Assembly: GCA_050115495.1 (NCBI GenBank)
Contig: JASFQK010000034.1
Coordinates: 1-64,000, forward strand
Reading direction: 5' to 3'
Source of the DNA: Phycisphaerae bacterium
GTDB lineage: Bacteria; Planctomycetota; Phycisphaerae; UBA1845; Fen-1342
DNA length: 64,000 bases
The position numbers and the translations under genes were made by a program. The notes beneath the pieces are model-generated. The model did not search any database and was not told where the DNA came from. It worked only from the letters and a program-made list of their open reading frames with translations. Shown here piece by piece: positions 20,401 through 28,528 of the stretch (its first letter is position 1; each line of letters begins with the position of its first letter).

Positions 20401-22494
20401 CAGGTTCATGGCGGGGGCCGGGAGCTGGAAGAGGCCGCGGCCACCGGGGGCCAGTCCGTCCGGGTACAGGCCCTCCGGCAGGAGGACCACGCAGTGCAGG
20501 AAGTTGAGCTGGTAGACCTGGCCTTCGAAGGTGACCGACACGCGCATGACGAGCTCGTCCCAGTCGACGGTGGTGTCGATGGCGGCCACGGTGTCTTCGG
20601 TGAGACGGGCGCGGTTGAAGGGATAGAGGCTGCCGTCGCCGCCGTTGTTGTTGGTGCCGGCGTCGAGATCGATGCAGTAGTTCTCGGTGCCGGCGGCGCG
20701 GACCTCGCCCAGGTCGAGCAGGCCGTCGAGATTGTAGTCGCGCTTGAGCGTTTCCGGGCGAGGCGTGACGCCGTCTTCTTCGTACGTCTCGGCGGAGTCC
20801 TTCATCCAGGTGAGGAACTCGAGCGTGAGCACGTTGCCGCCGTCGTAGCCGTTGGCGCCGTGCACGTTGTAGGCCAGCGGGCCGGCGGGCGGAATGATCT
20901 GGTCGCCGCCGCTGGAGCCGGGCTCCGTGGGGTCGCCACTGCCGACGTCCTCCCCGTAGGCCGCGGTGTTGCCGGTCGAAGTGACCTCGCCGAGGCGGCC
21001 GTCACCGCCGTAGCCGAGCCCCGAGATGGAACGGGCGTGGTAGATCGAGGAGGGGAGGTCGTCGAACTCGGCGGGGCCGTCATAGTAGTCGGGCGTCCCG
21101 TTGTTGTCGGAGTCGAGCGTGTCCGGCAGGATCTCGCCGGTCAGTAGCGAGGGATCGACGGAGCCGTCACCGACATTGGCCGCATCCTGGTCCGGCACCT
21201 CGCATTCGGGCGGGTCTGACTCGGGCGTGCAGTCTTCGCCGGTGCGCGTCAGCGAGCCGCCGACGCTGGGGTAGAAGGGCCGGTCACCGGGGTCGGCCGC
21301 GTCAAACTCGCGCATGTTGGGGACGTTGGGGGCGCCCTCGGGCCAGCGTGGCGCGGTGGGCGGGATCGGCGTCGCAATGTCCGCTGCCGCGTGGCGGTCG
21401 GCCCAGTACGCGGGCCACCAGACGCCGCTGTAGTCCCAGGCGGTGTAGGGGGAGGCGATTTCATCCGGGCTGGGCGTGTAGGTCGTGGCGCCGGCGCCTT
21501 CCCACCTGGTGCTGCCCGCGACCTGCTGCATCTTGGAGCTGCCGTGCTCGGTCCAACTGTCCGGGCCGTCGTACTTGCCGTTGCCGCAACGGGCGATGAG
21601 GGCCTCAGCGTCGCCGGGGTAGTTCCGGCGAATGTAGGCCAGCGCCCAGGTGCGCGTGCCGACGGCCTGCGGATTCGGCGGGTCGGCTTCGTACGTGTTC
21701 TTCGAACTCGGGTCAAGCTTGATCCACGGCGGGTCGAAGCGCGGATCGTAGATGACGAGGAAGTCCTCGAACGGCTCGGGGAAGTCCCATTGGCCGTCGT
21801 CGTCGGTGTCGGCGCAGAGCTCATCACTCTCGATGATGCCGTTCTTCTCGCAGTCGGCGTTCCAGCCGTCGCGGCCGTTTTCAAGGAGGGCGTCATACCG
21901 GCCGTTGCCGTTGATGTCGCGGAAGCGCTCGCCGGGCGTCCACACGCCGTCCACGAGGCCGGCGGTGACCACGTCGTTTCCGGGCGGCTGGCCGGGTGTG
22001 CCGGTGCCGGGCAGGTCGCCGTTGTAGTCGATGAGGAACATCTGCTGGGACTCGTCGAAGTCCTCGCCCGCGAACTGGTCACAGCGGCCATTGTCGTTGA
22101 GGTCGGCGAAGGGCAGGACGAGCTCACGCATGGAGTATTCGTCGCCGGGGACCGAGAAGTCCGGGTAGTCCGGCAGTATGGGCCAGGGGAGTTCGGCCCA
22201 GGCGCCGACGTCGCCGGTGACGCTCACGGTGTTGTAGGAGATCTCGTCCCAGTATTCGGCGAAGGAGTCGATGTCGGGGTTCGCCCGGTCGAAGTAGTGC
22301 TGGTAGGCATCGTCCGGGTTCGGCAGCGGTTCTTCGGGCGGCCATGTCTCAAACGACTTGACCGGTGCGGCCATCATGACGGTGAACTTGCGCACGTCGG
22401 CGGAAGCGGGCACGACCAGGGTTGCCGACAGCAGCAGCGCAACGAGGACGCAGGCGGACAATGGACGGCGGGCGAGTAGCGCATGAGGTTGCAT
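17488..22494 (-). CDS. M6 (immune inhibitor A-like) metalloprotease with PKD domain, thrombospondin type-3 repeats and a Cys-Gly/TM/Arg C-terminal sorting signal
   Basis: YWDEISY; zinc motif AHEWLHVWEGYPDLYD; Met-turn GMWDIMS; PKD YHWDFGDG; many D.DGDG..D.CDNCP repeats; ends ACGGGLLGVLPFCVLGIMGLKRRVRR. Confidence 0.85.
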   Translation of the reverse strand: MQPHALLARRPLSACVLVALLLSATLVVPASADVRKFTVMMAAPVKSFETWPPEEPLPNPDDAYQHYFDRANPDIDSFAEYWDEISYNTVSVTGDVGAWAELPWPILPDYPDFSVPGDEYSMRELVLPFADLNDNGRCDQFAGEDFDESQQMFLIDYNGDLPGTGTPGQPPGNDVVTAGLVDGVWTPGERFRDINGNGRYDALLENGRDGWNADCEKNGIIESDELCADTDDDGQWDFPEPFEDFLVIYDPRFDPPWIKLDPSSKNTYEADPPNPQAVGTRTWALAYIRRNYPGDAEALIARCGNGKYDGPDSWTEHGSSKMQQVAGSTRWEGAGATTYTPSPDEIASPYTAWDYSGVWWPAYWADRHAAADIATPIPPTAPRWPEGAPNVPNMREFDAADPGDRPFYPSVGGSLTRTGEDCTPESDPPECEVPDQDAANVGDGSVDPSLLTGEILPDTLDSDNNGTPDYYDGPAEFDDLPSSIYHARSISGLGYGGDGRLGEVTSTGNTAAYGEDVGSGDPTEPGSSGGDQIIPPAGPLAYNVHGANGYDGGNVLTLEFLTWMKDSAETYEEDGVTPRPETLKRDYNLDGLLDLGEVRAAGTENYCIDLDAGTNNNGGDGSLYPFNRARLTEDTVAAIDTTVDWDELVMRVSVTFEGQVYQLNFLHCVVLLPEGLYPDGLAPGGRGLFQLPAPAMNLPIQIQEDPANPLSPIFFSDFVTALGSTGESGQSDGGFQKNVMAHEWLHVWEGYPDLYDYDVYIGGFENKPVGMWDIMSGAFVHPAPFLKEFGTGIALFGTDHAPWLETTNLRNVLTPSVEKEVVLPDYAFHPTGSVFYFDNFNNAGERFYLWRLTRVVPTDPHEVNFSRVLPGDGMMVMHTDFGQNFAGFAGNFESFPLQQRVGTHFAYAIVQADGLQQLDNGENDGDDGDPFPGTSGTTIWNHETDPSSRWYGQTRSGLEITNIVELADRSVVTLLWKPRLVPTLTFDRPPASNILYNNLILHYEAFDLYGGTELQFFYDRDSGGYDGTLITPPGPVIKGNPGDIEGTYAFPLSNLPGDGLYYFYARLVPGVGQDGHVEPAYSTPRADATNRGRGHIADIVVDPDTAKLENWTLTCIDHTIAGAERWQVQGSLSGQHPDAITGVPYTAAKDGEVTFTIVADYISQGGPGANVNNADGLYTLIDPSAQFVATDFGPGDRVRLIDGPGVRPGFYTITEVPSPTVLRLASDPGNSAGAGGVSYRVHAFSHGGGDRDADRFQFLTTGQTAYSVPIEIHNGQLVPRVLALISVSYPDQDTNPFFRVPLRVQFDGSGSLDENGESNPALVYHWDFGDGTTADTAEFEHVYTTPFPEGVTVTLEVTNPVSGVSGSATAIIFVNEVFIDVDDDGIADDADNCPDEYNPMQDDFDGDGAGDACDNCPALSNADQADLDTDGIGDICDNDIDGDGVPNTIDGCPYDKAKTVPGDCGCGVPDIDSDGDGVPDCIDGCPHNANRTEPGICGCDLSDIDSDGDGTPDCVDGCPDDPDKVDPGWCGCGASDADTDGDGIPNCADNCPFVPNANQADTDNDGAGDACDNCKFIWNPDQIDADNDGIGDTCDPEVEDVNEYTPPYEPIIEEENNQEDQSQRDLSDDDTLTGVANQPARGACGGGLLGVLPFCVLGIMGLKRRVRR

Positions 22495-22873
22495 GACTTG
22501 TTCCCCAGACCCGATTAGAAGTTGCAGGTGGCGGCGGCGTACACGGCCGCACCACCGACGCGAGGCATCGGCGCCCAGCGTGCCGGACGCGAGACGTCCG
22601 GGCTGGCGCGCTGAAGCGGCGCACCAACAATACAAGCCGAAACTCCTCAGGGCCCGCAACCGCTCCAATGCTAGCGCCGGAGAGGTGTCCGTCAATGTCA
22701 GGCGGGCTGCAGAGATACAACTACGACGGTGTGGAGCCAGCGGACGAGTTGACGACCGGCCGTGGGCACGCCGGAGGCGCAGACGGTTTCGCTTGAAAAA
22801 GCGGGGTGCGCGAGCTAGGCTGCTATCGCCGGATCGAGTGAGGCAGTGCATGTGTGCCGCTCGTCTGCGGTAT

Positions 22874-22947
22874 GCGCCCGTAGCTCAGTTGGACAGAGCA
22901 GCGGCCTTCTAAGCCGCGGGTCGCAGGTTCGACTCCTGCCGGGCGCG
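22874..22947 (+). tRNA. tRNA-Arg(TCT), no encoded CCA; probable prophage integration site
   Basis: Acceptor GCGCCCG/CGGGCGC, D-arm AGCTCAGTTGGACAGAGC, anticodon arm GCGGC-CTTCTAA-GCCGC, T-arm GCAGG-TTCGACT-CCTGC. Integrase starts 116 bp downstream. Confidence 0.95.
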
Positions 22948-23062
22948 ATGCTGTAAACCACGCCGAAAGCGTAACTTACGCTTTACCTCTCCCGAGGGAG
23001 GGCGCGGCAAACCGGTCCAGTTGCGCGGAGCGCGCTCCGCGCAACTCACGGAGAGCCGCACA

Positions 23063-24250
23063 ATGCCACGCCAATCTGCCCCGCCCGCATACCGTAAACG
23101 CCTTATCCGTGGTCGCGAAGTCGCCTTTGTCACCCTTCGGGACCCCGAAACGGGCCGTCGGCGCGATTACTGGCTCGGCGCCTACGGCACCCCCGAGAGC
23201 CGAGCTGCGTACGCCCGCATCCTCGCCGACTGGGAGTCGCGCGGCCGGCGGCTCCCGGACGCCCGGGGTCCGCTGCGCCCCGCTGACGGCGTCACAACCA
23301 CACAGATCGTCGCGGCCTACTGGCAGCACTTGCAGGCGACGAAGCCCGGGAGACAGTCCGCTATGACTCGCACGCGGCTGAAGTCCTGGCGCGCCCACTA
23401 CGGCAACATCGCGGCCGGCCAGATCGGCCCGGTCCTGCTGAACGGCTGGCGAAAGGCGGAGTTGGCCCAGCATTCGGTGGATTGGGTGGCCCGAGGGACG
23501 ACGGCTGTGCTTGCGTTGTACCGCTGGGCCGTGGCCAACGAACTGGTCCCGGTCGACACCTACCAGCGGCTGAAAACGGTCGAGCCATTGCGGCACGTAA
23601 AACGTAAGCGCGTACTCCCGGCTCCCGACGCCGCGATCGCGGCCGTGCGGAAGCTCGTGGGCCGCCAGGTCGGGGCGATGATCGACCTCCAGCTCGTCAC
23701 CGGCATGCGCCCCGGCGAGGTTGTCGTCATGCGGCCCTGCGACATCGACATGTCCGAGAAGGTGTGGGTCTACCGGCTCGACTCGCACAAGACGGCATAC
23801 CGGGGACGGGAGCGGGTCGTCTATCTCGGCCCGCAGGCGCAGGAGATCTTGCGGCCGTTCCTGCGGGGGCGGGCCACGACGGCCCATTGCTTCTCGCCAG
23901 TGGAGGCCGAGGCTGAGTGGCGGCTCGAACGGCGCAAGGCGCGCAAGACGCCCCTGTCGTGTGGGAACCGCCCTGGCACCAACCGGCAGGCTCGCCCCCA
24001 ACGAAGGCCGGGTGCCGCGTACACGACGCGCACGTACGGACAGGCCGTCGAGCGGGCCTGCCAACGAGCAGGCGCAGGCCATTGGTCTCCGCACCAGCTT
24101 CGGCACAACTATGCGACAGAGGTTCGCCGGCGGTATGGGCTCGAGGCCGCCCGGATCCTGCTCGGCCACTGCTCGGCGCTCGTTACCGAAGCTGTCTACG
24201 CCGAGCGCGATCAGGCGGCGGCCATGCGGATCGCGGCCGAGATCGGCTAG
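23063..24250 (+). CDS. Tyrosine recombinase / phage integrase
   Basis: Catalytic set TGMRPGE, HKT, HQLRH, LLGH, VY. Confidence 0.93.
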   Translation: MPRQSAPPAYRKRLIRGREVAFVTLRDPETGRRRDYWLGAYGTPESRAAYARILADWESRGRRLPDARGPLRPADGVTTTQIVAAYWQHLQATKPGRQSAMTRTRLKSWRAHYGNIAAGQIGPVLLNGWRKAELAQHSVDWVARGTTAVLALYRWAVANELVPVDTYQRLKTVEPLRHVKRKRVLPAPDAAIAAVRKLVGRQVGAMIDLQLVTGMRPGEVVVMRPCDIDMSEKVWVYRLDSHKTAYRGRERVVYLGPQAQEILRPFLRGRATTAHCFSPVEAEAEWRLERRKARKTPLSCGNRPGTNRQARPQRRPGAAYTTRTYGQAVERACQRAGAGHWSPHQLRHNYATEVRRRYGLEAARILLGHCSALVTEAVYAERDQAAAMRIAAEIG

Positions 24251-24374
24251 CGGGGCCCGCAGAACCCGGCTAGGGCGCGCGATCGGGACTGAGGCGGTAC
24301 GCCTGGTCGCCCCCGATGCGCCACGGGCCAGCAAACGCGTCGCGCAACGGCGCGCGAAAAACGCGAAGGCGGCC

Positions 24375-24402
24375 TTGACGCGTGCGGCCGGGACGGTAGG
24401 GT
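24375..24402 (+). promoter_or_regulatory. Putative sigma70-type promoter
   Basis: TTGACG-N16-TAGGGT upstream of the structured RNA and small ORF. Confidence 0.45.
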
Positions 24403-24474
24403 GGCGGGCGATATGAATCGGGAAAGTTCATCTCAGACGCCCCCATGGCGCGCGCCTGCGCGCCGTATGAACGA

Positions 24475-24547
24475 CCCCACGCTGACCTGCGGGGACCGGC
24501 GACGGCCCGACCGCCTTTCCCGGGCGGATATCCAGATCAGCGTGGGG
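24475..24547 (+). ncRNA. Candidate three-way-junction antisense RNA (P4 CI / P1 C4-like architecture)
   Basis: Perfect 11-bp stalk CCCCACGCTGA/TCAGCGTGGGG, GCGA-tetraloop hairpin, CCGCC-TTTCCCG-GGCGG hairpin and ATATC bulge; complementary sites at 24410-24426 and 24749-24759. Confidence 0.55.
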
Positions 24548-24567
24548 CTGTTCGTTTGGAGGCCCCC

Positions 24568-24768
24568 ATGCCTGCCTTGGATGAGTACAGCCAACTCCCC
24601 CTATCCGAGCTGGTCAGGAGTCTGAACGACGTCGGCAGCGAGACAGTCACAATCGAGATGATCAAGGCCGACATTGCCGCTGGTGCGCCGACGAATCGCG
24701 ACGGGACGATCAACCTCATCGACTACACCGCATGGCTCGCGGCCCAGCGGATCGGGAAAAGACCTTGA
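24568..24768 (+). CDS. Small HTH-like protein, paralogue of the putative small terminase at 46143
   Basis: GGAGG RBS; 29/48 identities to the 46143 product (AAGAPTN.DGT.NLI.Y.AWL). Confidence 0.75.
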   Translation: MPALDEYSQLPLSELVRSLNDVGSETVTIEMIKADIAAGAPTNRDGTINLIDYTAWLAAQRIGKRP

Positions 24769-24793
24769 CCGGACAGATGACGAACATTAACCT
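24765..24793 (+). promoter_or_regulatory. Putative sigma70-type promoter
   Basis: TTGACC-N17-TAACCT. Confidence 0.45.
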
Positions 24794-25018
24794 AACACAT
24801 GATCGCTCGCCGCGTGGGCAAGAGGGGCGGCGAGACTCGCGATTCAGGCCAATTACTCTGGCGGCTGACAGGGAATCGCTGGCCATGGAGGGCCGACGCC
24901 GGAGGGGAGTTATGCTGCCGGGGCAAGCCGCATGTACTGGGCCATTACAGAAACGGCCAACGATTGTGTGGCAACACAACCGTCGGCCTGACCGTAGGAA
25001 CCTTGTGAGGAGGTTCCC

Positions 25019-25414
25019 GTGGCTGGGGATATTGTACCACCGCCGCATGGCGGATGCGCGACGATATGGGAACGGCCGGATGATCCGTCGCTGAGGCGCC
25101 TGATTGAGCGTTGGCCATCGCTCTCGCAGGCTGTCAAGTGCGGCATTCTGGCTATGGTTGATGCGATTGCCGAGGTGCGCCCGTGGATTACGAGTGCAGA
25201 AGCGGCTCGGCTGCACGTTACGGACATGCGGCCCGCGCTCGACGACGAGGACGCACGAGCCTTACTCCTGGCCGCGAAGAAACGGATCAGTCGTGCGTGC
25301 CAGTCTGGACAGGTGCGATGTACTGGCGTCGGCTTCGACAGGCGGGTTGACCCCGACAGTCTCGACGCATGGCGCATTCACATGCGACAGCGTGATCTGA
25401 ACCGGGAGAACTGA
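25019..25414 (+). CDS. Hypothetical DNA-binding (excisionase-like HTH) protein
   Basis: GAGGAGG RBS; WITSAEAARL...RRVDPDSLDAWR resembles MerR/Xis-type wHTH. Confidence 0.55.
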   Translation: MAGDIVPPPHGGCATIWERPDDPSLRRLIERWPSLSQAVKCGILAMVDAIAEVRPWITSAEAARLHVTDMRPALDDEDARALLLAAKKRISRACQSGQVRCTGVGFDRRVDPDSLDAWRIHMRQRDLNREN

Positions 25415-25437
25415 CCCTGCTGACGTCACTGGAACGT

Positions 25438-26421
25438 TCAGCGTTCAATCATGTCTGCCGGAATTTCGAAGCGGATCATTCCGGTTCCGCCGAAGTTGTC
25501 GGCAGGCAGCTCCAGCCGTAAGTATTCGAAACCGTCCACTGGTCGCTCAAATACCAGCACATCCTGCAGTGACGTTCCAGGGTACAGCGATTCTCGCTCT
25601 ATAGCATTCTCTGCGCGAGTGCTGACACCGAAGCTGATTCTCTTGTATGTATTGCCGTGCTTGTCTCGGATGACGGCGTAGTCTCTGGACAGGGAGTAAT
25701 CCCGTCCCATCCAGGTAGCAAAATCGGCCTTCTTGTTCGGGCTCCCATTCGTCACGTTGACAAGGATCCGCAGGTAGGTCTCGCTCGATTTCCAGGGCGA
25801 CGAATGGGCGCGAATGGTGTCGACCAGGTCGACCTCGCCTATTCTCGCCGACAGTACCGCTATTCGCATATCTCCGCTTGCGACGATTTCTCCGGCCTTC
25901 GTCCACGCGCTGGGTGTCGTTGAGGCTTTGGCCCGTTCGATGATCGCTGATGTGCTCTTGCGGACCGGCGCGGCGGCTACCGACCATGCGATCCAAATGG
26001 CCAAACCAGAGACAAGCACTCCGGCCAGCGGATACCCTACAGCAGCCGCCCGGCGTTTGATGGCTATCAAGAGACCGATCAATCCGAACAGCAACCCTAG
26101 GCCACTAATCGGCATTGATACGATGCCTATTATTGGAATCCAGCAAACCACAAACGCCAACAGTCCGAATATCAGCGACACAATACCAAAGCTGGACGTG
26201 CGCTTCGGAAGATGCACGTTGAGCGCTGGCACCTGTGGATCATGCCCAGGAGTGCTTCGCTGGACAGAAGGCTGGACCACTGACGGCATGCGATTGACCG
26301 TTGCCACCACCATGTTCCGCCTGTTGGCCACAGCCTCCGCGGCGACTTCGTCCGCGGCATCGATGACGATTTCGACAGCTTCCCCGGTCTCCCGGTCTGC
26401 CCCGTTGACCTGAAACTTCAC
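25438..26421 (-). CDS. Membrane protein with three TM helices and an extracytoplasmic Ig-like (DUF4352-like) domain; possible superinfection exclusion factor
   Basis: GGAGG RBS before GTG; hydrophobic FGIVSLIFGLLAFVVCWIP... segments; C-terminal D..GNTY...LYPG...DVLVFE...LRLELP; lower GC. Confidence 0.7.
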   Translation of the reverse strand: MKFQVNGADRETGEAVEIVIDAADEVAAEAVANRRNMVVATVNRMPSVVQPSVQRSTPGHDPQVPALNVHLPKRTSSFGIVSLIFGLLAFVVCWIPIIGIVSMPISGLGLLFGLIGLLIAIKRRAAAVGYPLAGVLVSGLAIWIAWSVAAAPVRKSTSAIIERAKASTTPSAWTKAGEIVASGDMRIAVLSARIGEVDLVDTIRAHSSPWKSSETYLRILVNVTNGSPNKKADFATWMGRDYSLSRDYAVIRDKHGNTYKRISFGVSTRAENAIERESLYPGTSLQDVLVFERPVDGFEYLRLELPADNFGGTGMIRFEIPADMIER

Positions 26422-26647
26422 CGTGTACCTCCGACCTAGTCCCCAAGTGGAGCGCCTTGCGCACTCGCACAATCATTCTACATGAAAAGGCGGGGTTCGT
26501 GGCAAGCCCCGTTGGTCACACCAAGACGGTTGGGGCGGAATCGAAACTTTGTTTTTCGACGTAACCCAATATGGGACACGGACTTGTGTAACTGTTCGTG
26601 GATGTCGCCGAGGGACACTCGCCGAGCCACCCGTACAACCGCCCGCG

Positions 26648-26866
26648 ATGGACGCGACGCACGCAACACGATGCAAGGCCACGCAGGCCGCGATTGCTGA
26701 GGGCCGGGTGCCCACCGGCTGGCGGCCTGACGCGTGGGCCGCGCGGTTGCGGCAGCTCGCGGACGCCTGCCGAGCACTCCACCCCGAACGTGCCGCCGAC
26801 CTCGTGGCCTGGGCCACGGCGGTCGAGCGCGCCCAAGGAGCCGACGTATGCCCGCCGCACGAGTAG
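26648..26866 (+). CDS. Hypothetical phage protein
   Basis: First ORF of the rightward early operon, overlapping the next start. Confidence 0.5.
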   Translation: MDATHATRCKATQAAIAEGRVPTGWRPDAWAARLRQLADACRALHPERAADLVAWATAVERAQGADVCPPHE

Positions 26867-27213
26867 CCGCTGCTCGGGAACCTGCCGCACGAGTATCAGC
26901 CGTGTCATTCATGACGCTCGAAGAGGCCACGCGGTGGATCCCGCGGCGGTTCTCGGCGGCCACGATCTGGCGCTGGATTCGGTACGGGCTCACCACGTCA
27001 TCCGGCACGGTCGTGAAGCTGCGCCACCTGCAAATCGGCAGGCGGATGTTCACGACGGCCGCCTGGCTCCAGGAGTTCTTCGACGCTCTGACCGCAGCCG
27101 CCGACCAGGCGTTTCAGGGGAGATCCAAGCGCCGGCCGCAACGGAAAACGCGGAAGACGCGGAAGACGCGACGCACCGCTACCCGACAAAGGAGGCTCGC
27201 CCGTTATGCCTGA
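26848..27213 (+). CDS. Planctomycete HTH protein (DUF1580-like)
   Basis: TLEEA...SAATIWRWIRYG...KLRHLQIGRRMFTTAAWLQEFF. Confidence 0.7.
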   Translation: MPAARVAAAREPAARVSAVSFMTLEEATRWIPRRFSAATIWRWIRYGLTTSSGTVVKLRHLQIGRRMFTTAAWLQEFFDALTAAADQAFQGRSKRRPQRKTRKTRKTRRTATRQRRLARYA

Positions 27214-27496
27214 GGACTACATCAGCCTCGCCCAAGCGGCGCAACGCACGCCGAGCCGGGTTTCGCCGGCGACGGTCTGGCGCTGGGCGCGACGCGGCGT
27301 GAAGTCGCGGATCGGCAAAATGATCCAACTGCAGCACGTGCGGGTGGGTGGGCGGGTCTTCACGAAGCAGCGGTGGCTGGACGAGTTCTTCGCCGCCGTC
27401 GCCGCGGCGGATCTGGAGCACCAGAACCGCATCCTGGCGCCGCAGGCCCCGCCGCACGACGAGGCCGAGGCCATGCTGAAGGAGGCGGGGCTGTGA
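27206..27496 (+). CDS. Planctomycete HTH protein (DUF1580-like), tandem paralogue
   Basis: ISLAQAA...SPATVWRWARRG...QLQHVRVGGRVFTKQRWLDEFF. Confidence 0.75.
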   Translation: MPEDYISLAQAAQRTPSRVSPATVWRWARRGVKSRIGKMIQLQHVRVGGRVFTKQRWLDEFFAAVAAADLEHQNRILAPQAPPHDEAEAMLKEAGL

Positions 27497-28395
27497 GCGA
27501 AGCACTGATCCGACTTGGTCAAGGCGACTACCAGCACGACGTGCATCCGGAGGACCTCAACATGCCCGGTGATGACAACCACGAAACACCGCAGCTCGAC
27601 CTGCGCTTTCTGATCCGCGAGCCCGCCGACGTGTACCACGCGCGGACGGGCGACCTGCTGACTTCGCATACGCTGAACGACTTCCGCCGCTGCCCGCTGC
27701 TGTTCCGCAAGAAGGGCCTCGGCCTGGTGCCGGAGCGCGACTCGGCGGCGTATCAGATCGGGCGGGCGGCGCATGCCCTGATCCTCGAAGGCCGCGAGCG
27801 CTACGAGCGCGAGTTCGCGGTCGGCGGACCCATCAACCCGAAGACGGGCCAGCCCTTCGGCTCGCAGACGAAGGCCTTCGCCGAGTGGGCGGAGCGGCAG
27901 GGTAAGCCGGTGCTCAGCGACATCCAGGCGGCGCTGGTCGAGCAGATGGCGGCGGCCGTGCGGGAGCACGCCGTGGCCGCGGCGCTGCTCGCCGCCGGCG
28001 TGGCCGAAGGCGTGGTGCGGGCCTGCTACGGCGGGATGCCCAGTCAGGCCCGGCTCGACTGGCTCAACCCCAGCACGGACGCCGGCATCGTCGACCTGAA
28101 GACCTGCGACCACCTGGACGAGTTCGAGCTGGCGATTCGCACGTACGACTACGTGCATCAGGTGGCGTTCTACCGGGCGCTGGTCGCGCTGGTCAGCGGA
28201 CACGTCCTGCCGGTGCACATCATCGCCGTCGAGAAGCGCGAGCCGTTCCGGTGCGGCGTGTGGCGCGTGCTGCCGTCGGTGCTGGACGAGGCCCAGCGCC
28301 AGAACGAAGCGGCGATGGCCGAGCTGCAAGGCTGCCGGACGACCGGCAACTGGTTCACCCGTTACGAGGCGCTGCGTGTGATTGACCGCTTGTGA
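27493..28395 (+). CDS. PD-(D/E)XK exonuclease (RecE/ExoVIII-like)
   Basis: IGRAAHALILEG, ARLDWL, IVDLKT, Y..Q.AFY, IAVEKREP. Confidence 0.85.
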   Translation: MSEALIRLGQGDYQHDVHPEDLNMPGDDNHETPQLDLRFLIREPADVYHARTGDLLTSHTLNDFRRCPLLFRKKGLGLVPERDSAAYQIGRAAHALILEGRERYEREFAVGGPINPKTGQPFGSQTKAFAEWAERQGKPVLSDIQAALVEQMAAAVREHAVAAALLAAGVAEGVVRACYGGMPSQARLDWLNPSTDAGIVDLKTCDHLDEFELAIRTYDYVHQVAFYRALVALVSGHVLPVHIIAVEKREPFRCGVWRVLPSVLDEAQRQNEAAMAELQGCRTTGNWFTRYEALRVIDRL

Positions 28396-28528
28396 GCCCG
28401 GGCGCGGGGCCGGGTGGCGTGGCCGTCGCTCCTCCCGCCCCTTCCCTCGACGGTCGGGACTCCCTGTCCCGGCCCCGCCCCCGGATTCACGGCACACGAC
28501 TGGAGACCGCAACCATGAAGGAGAACGT

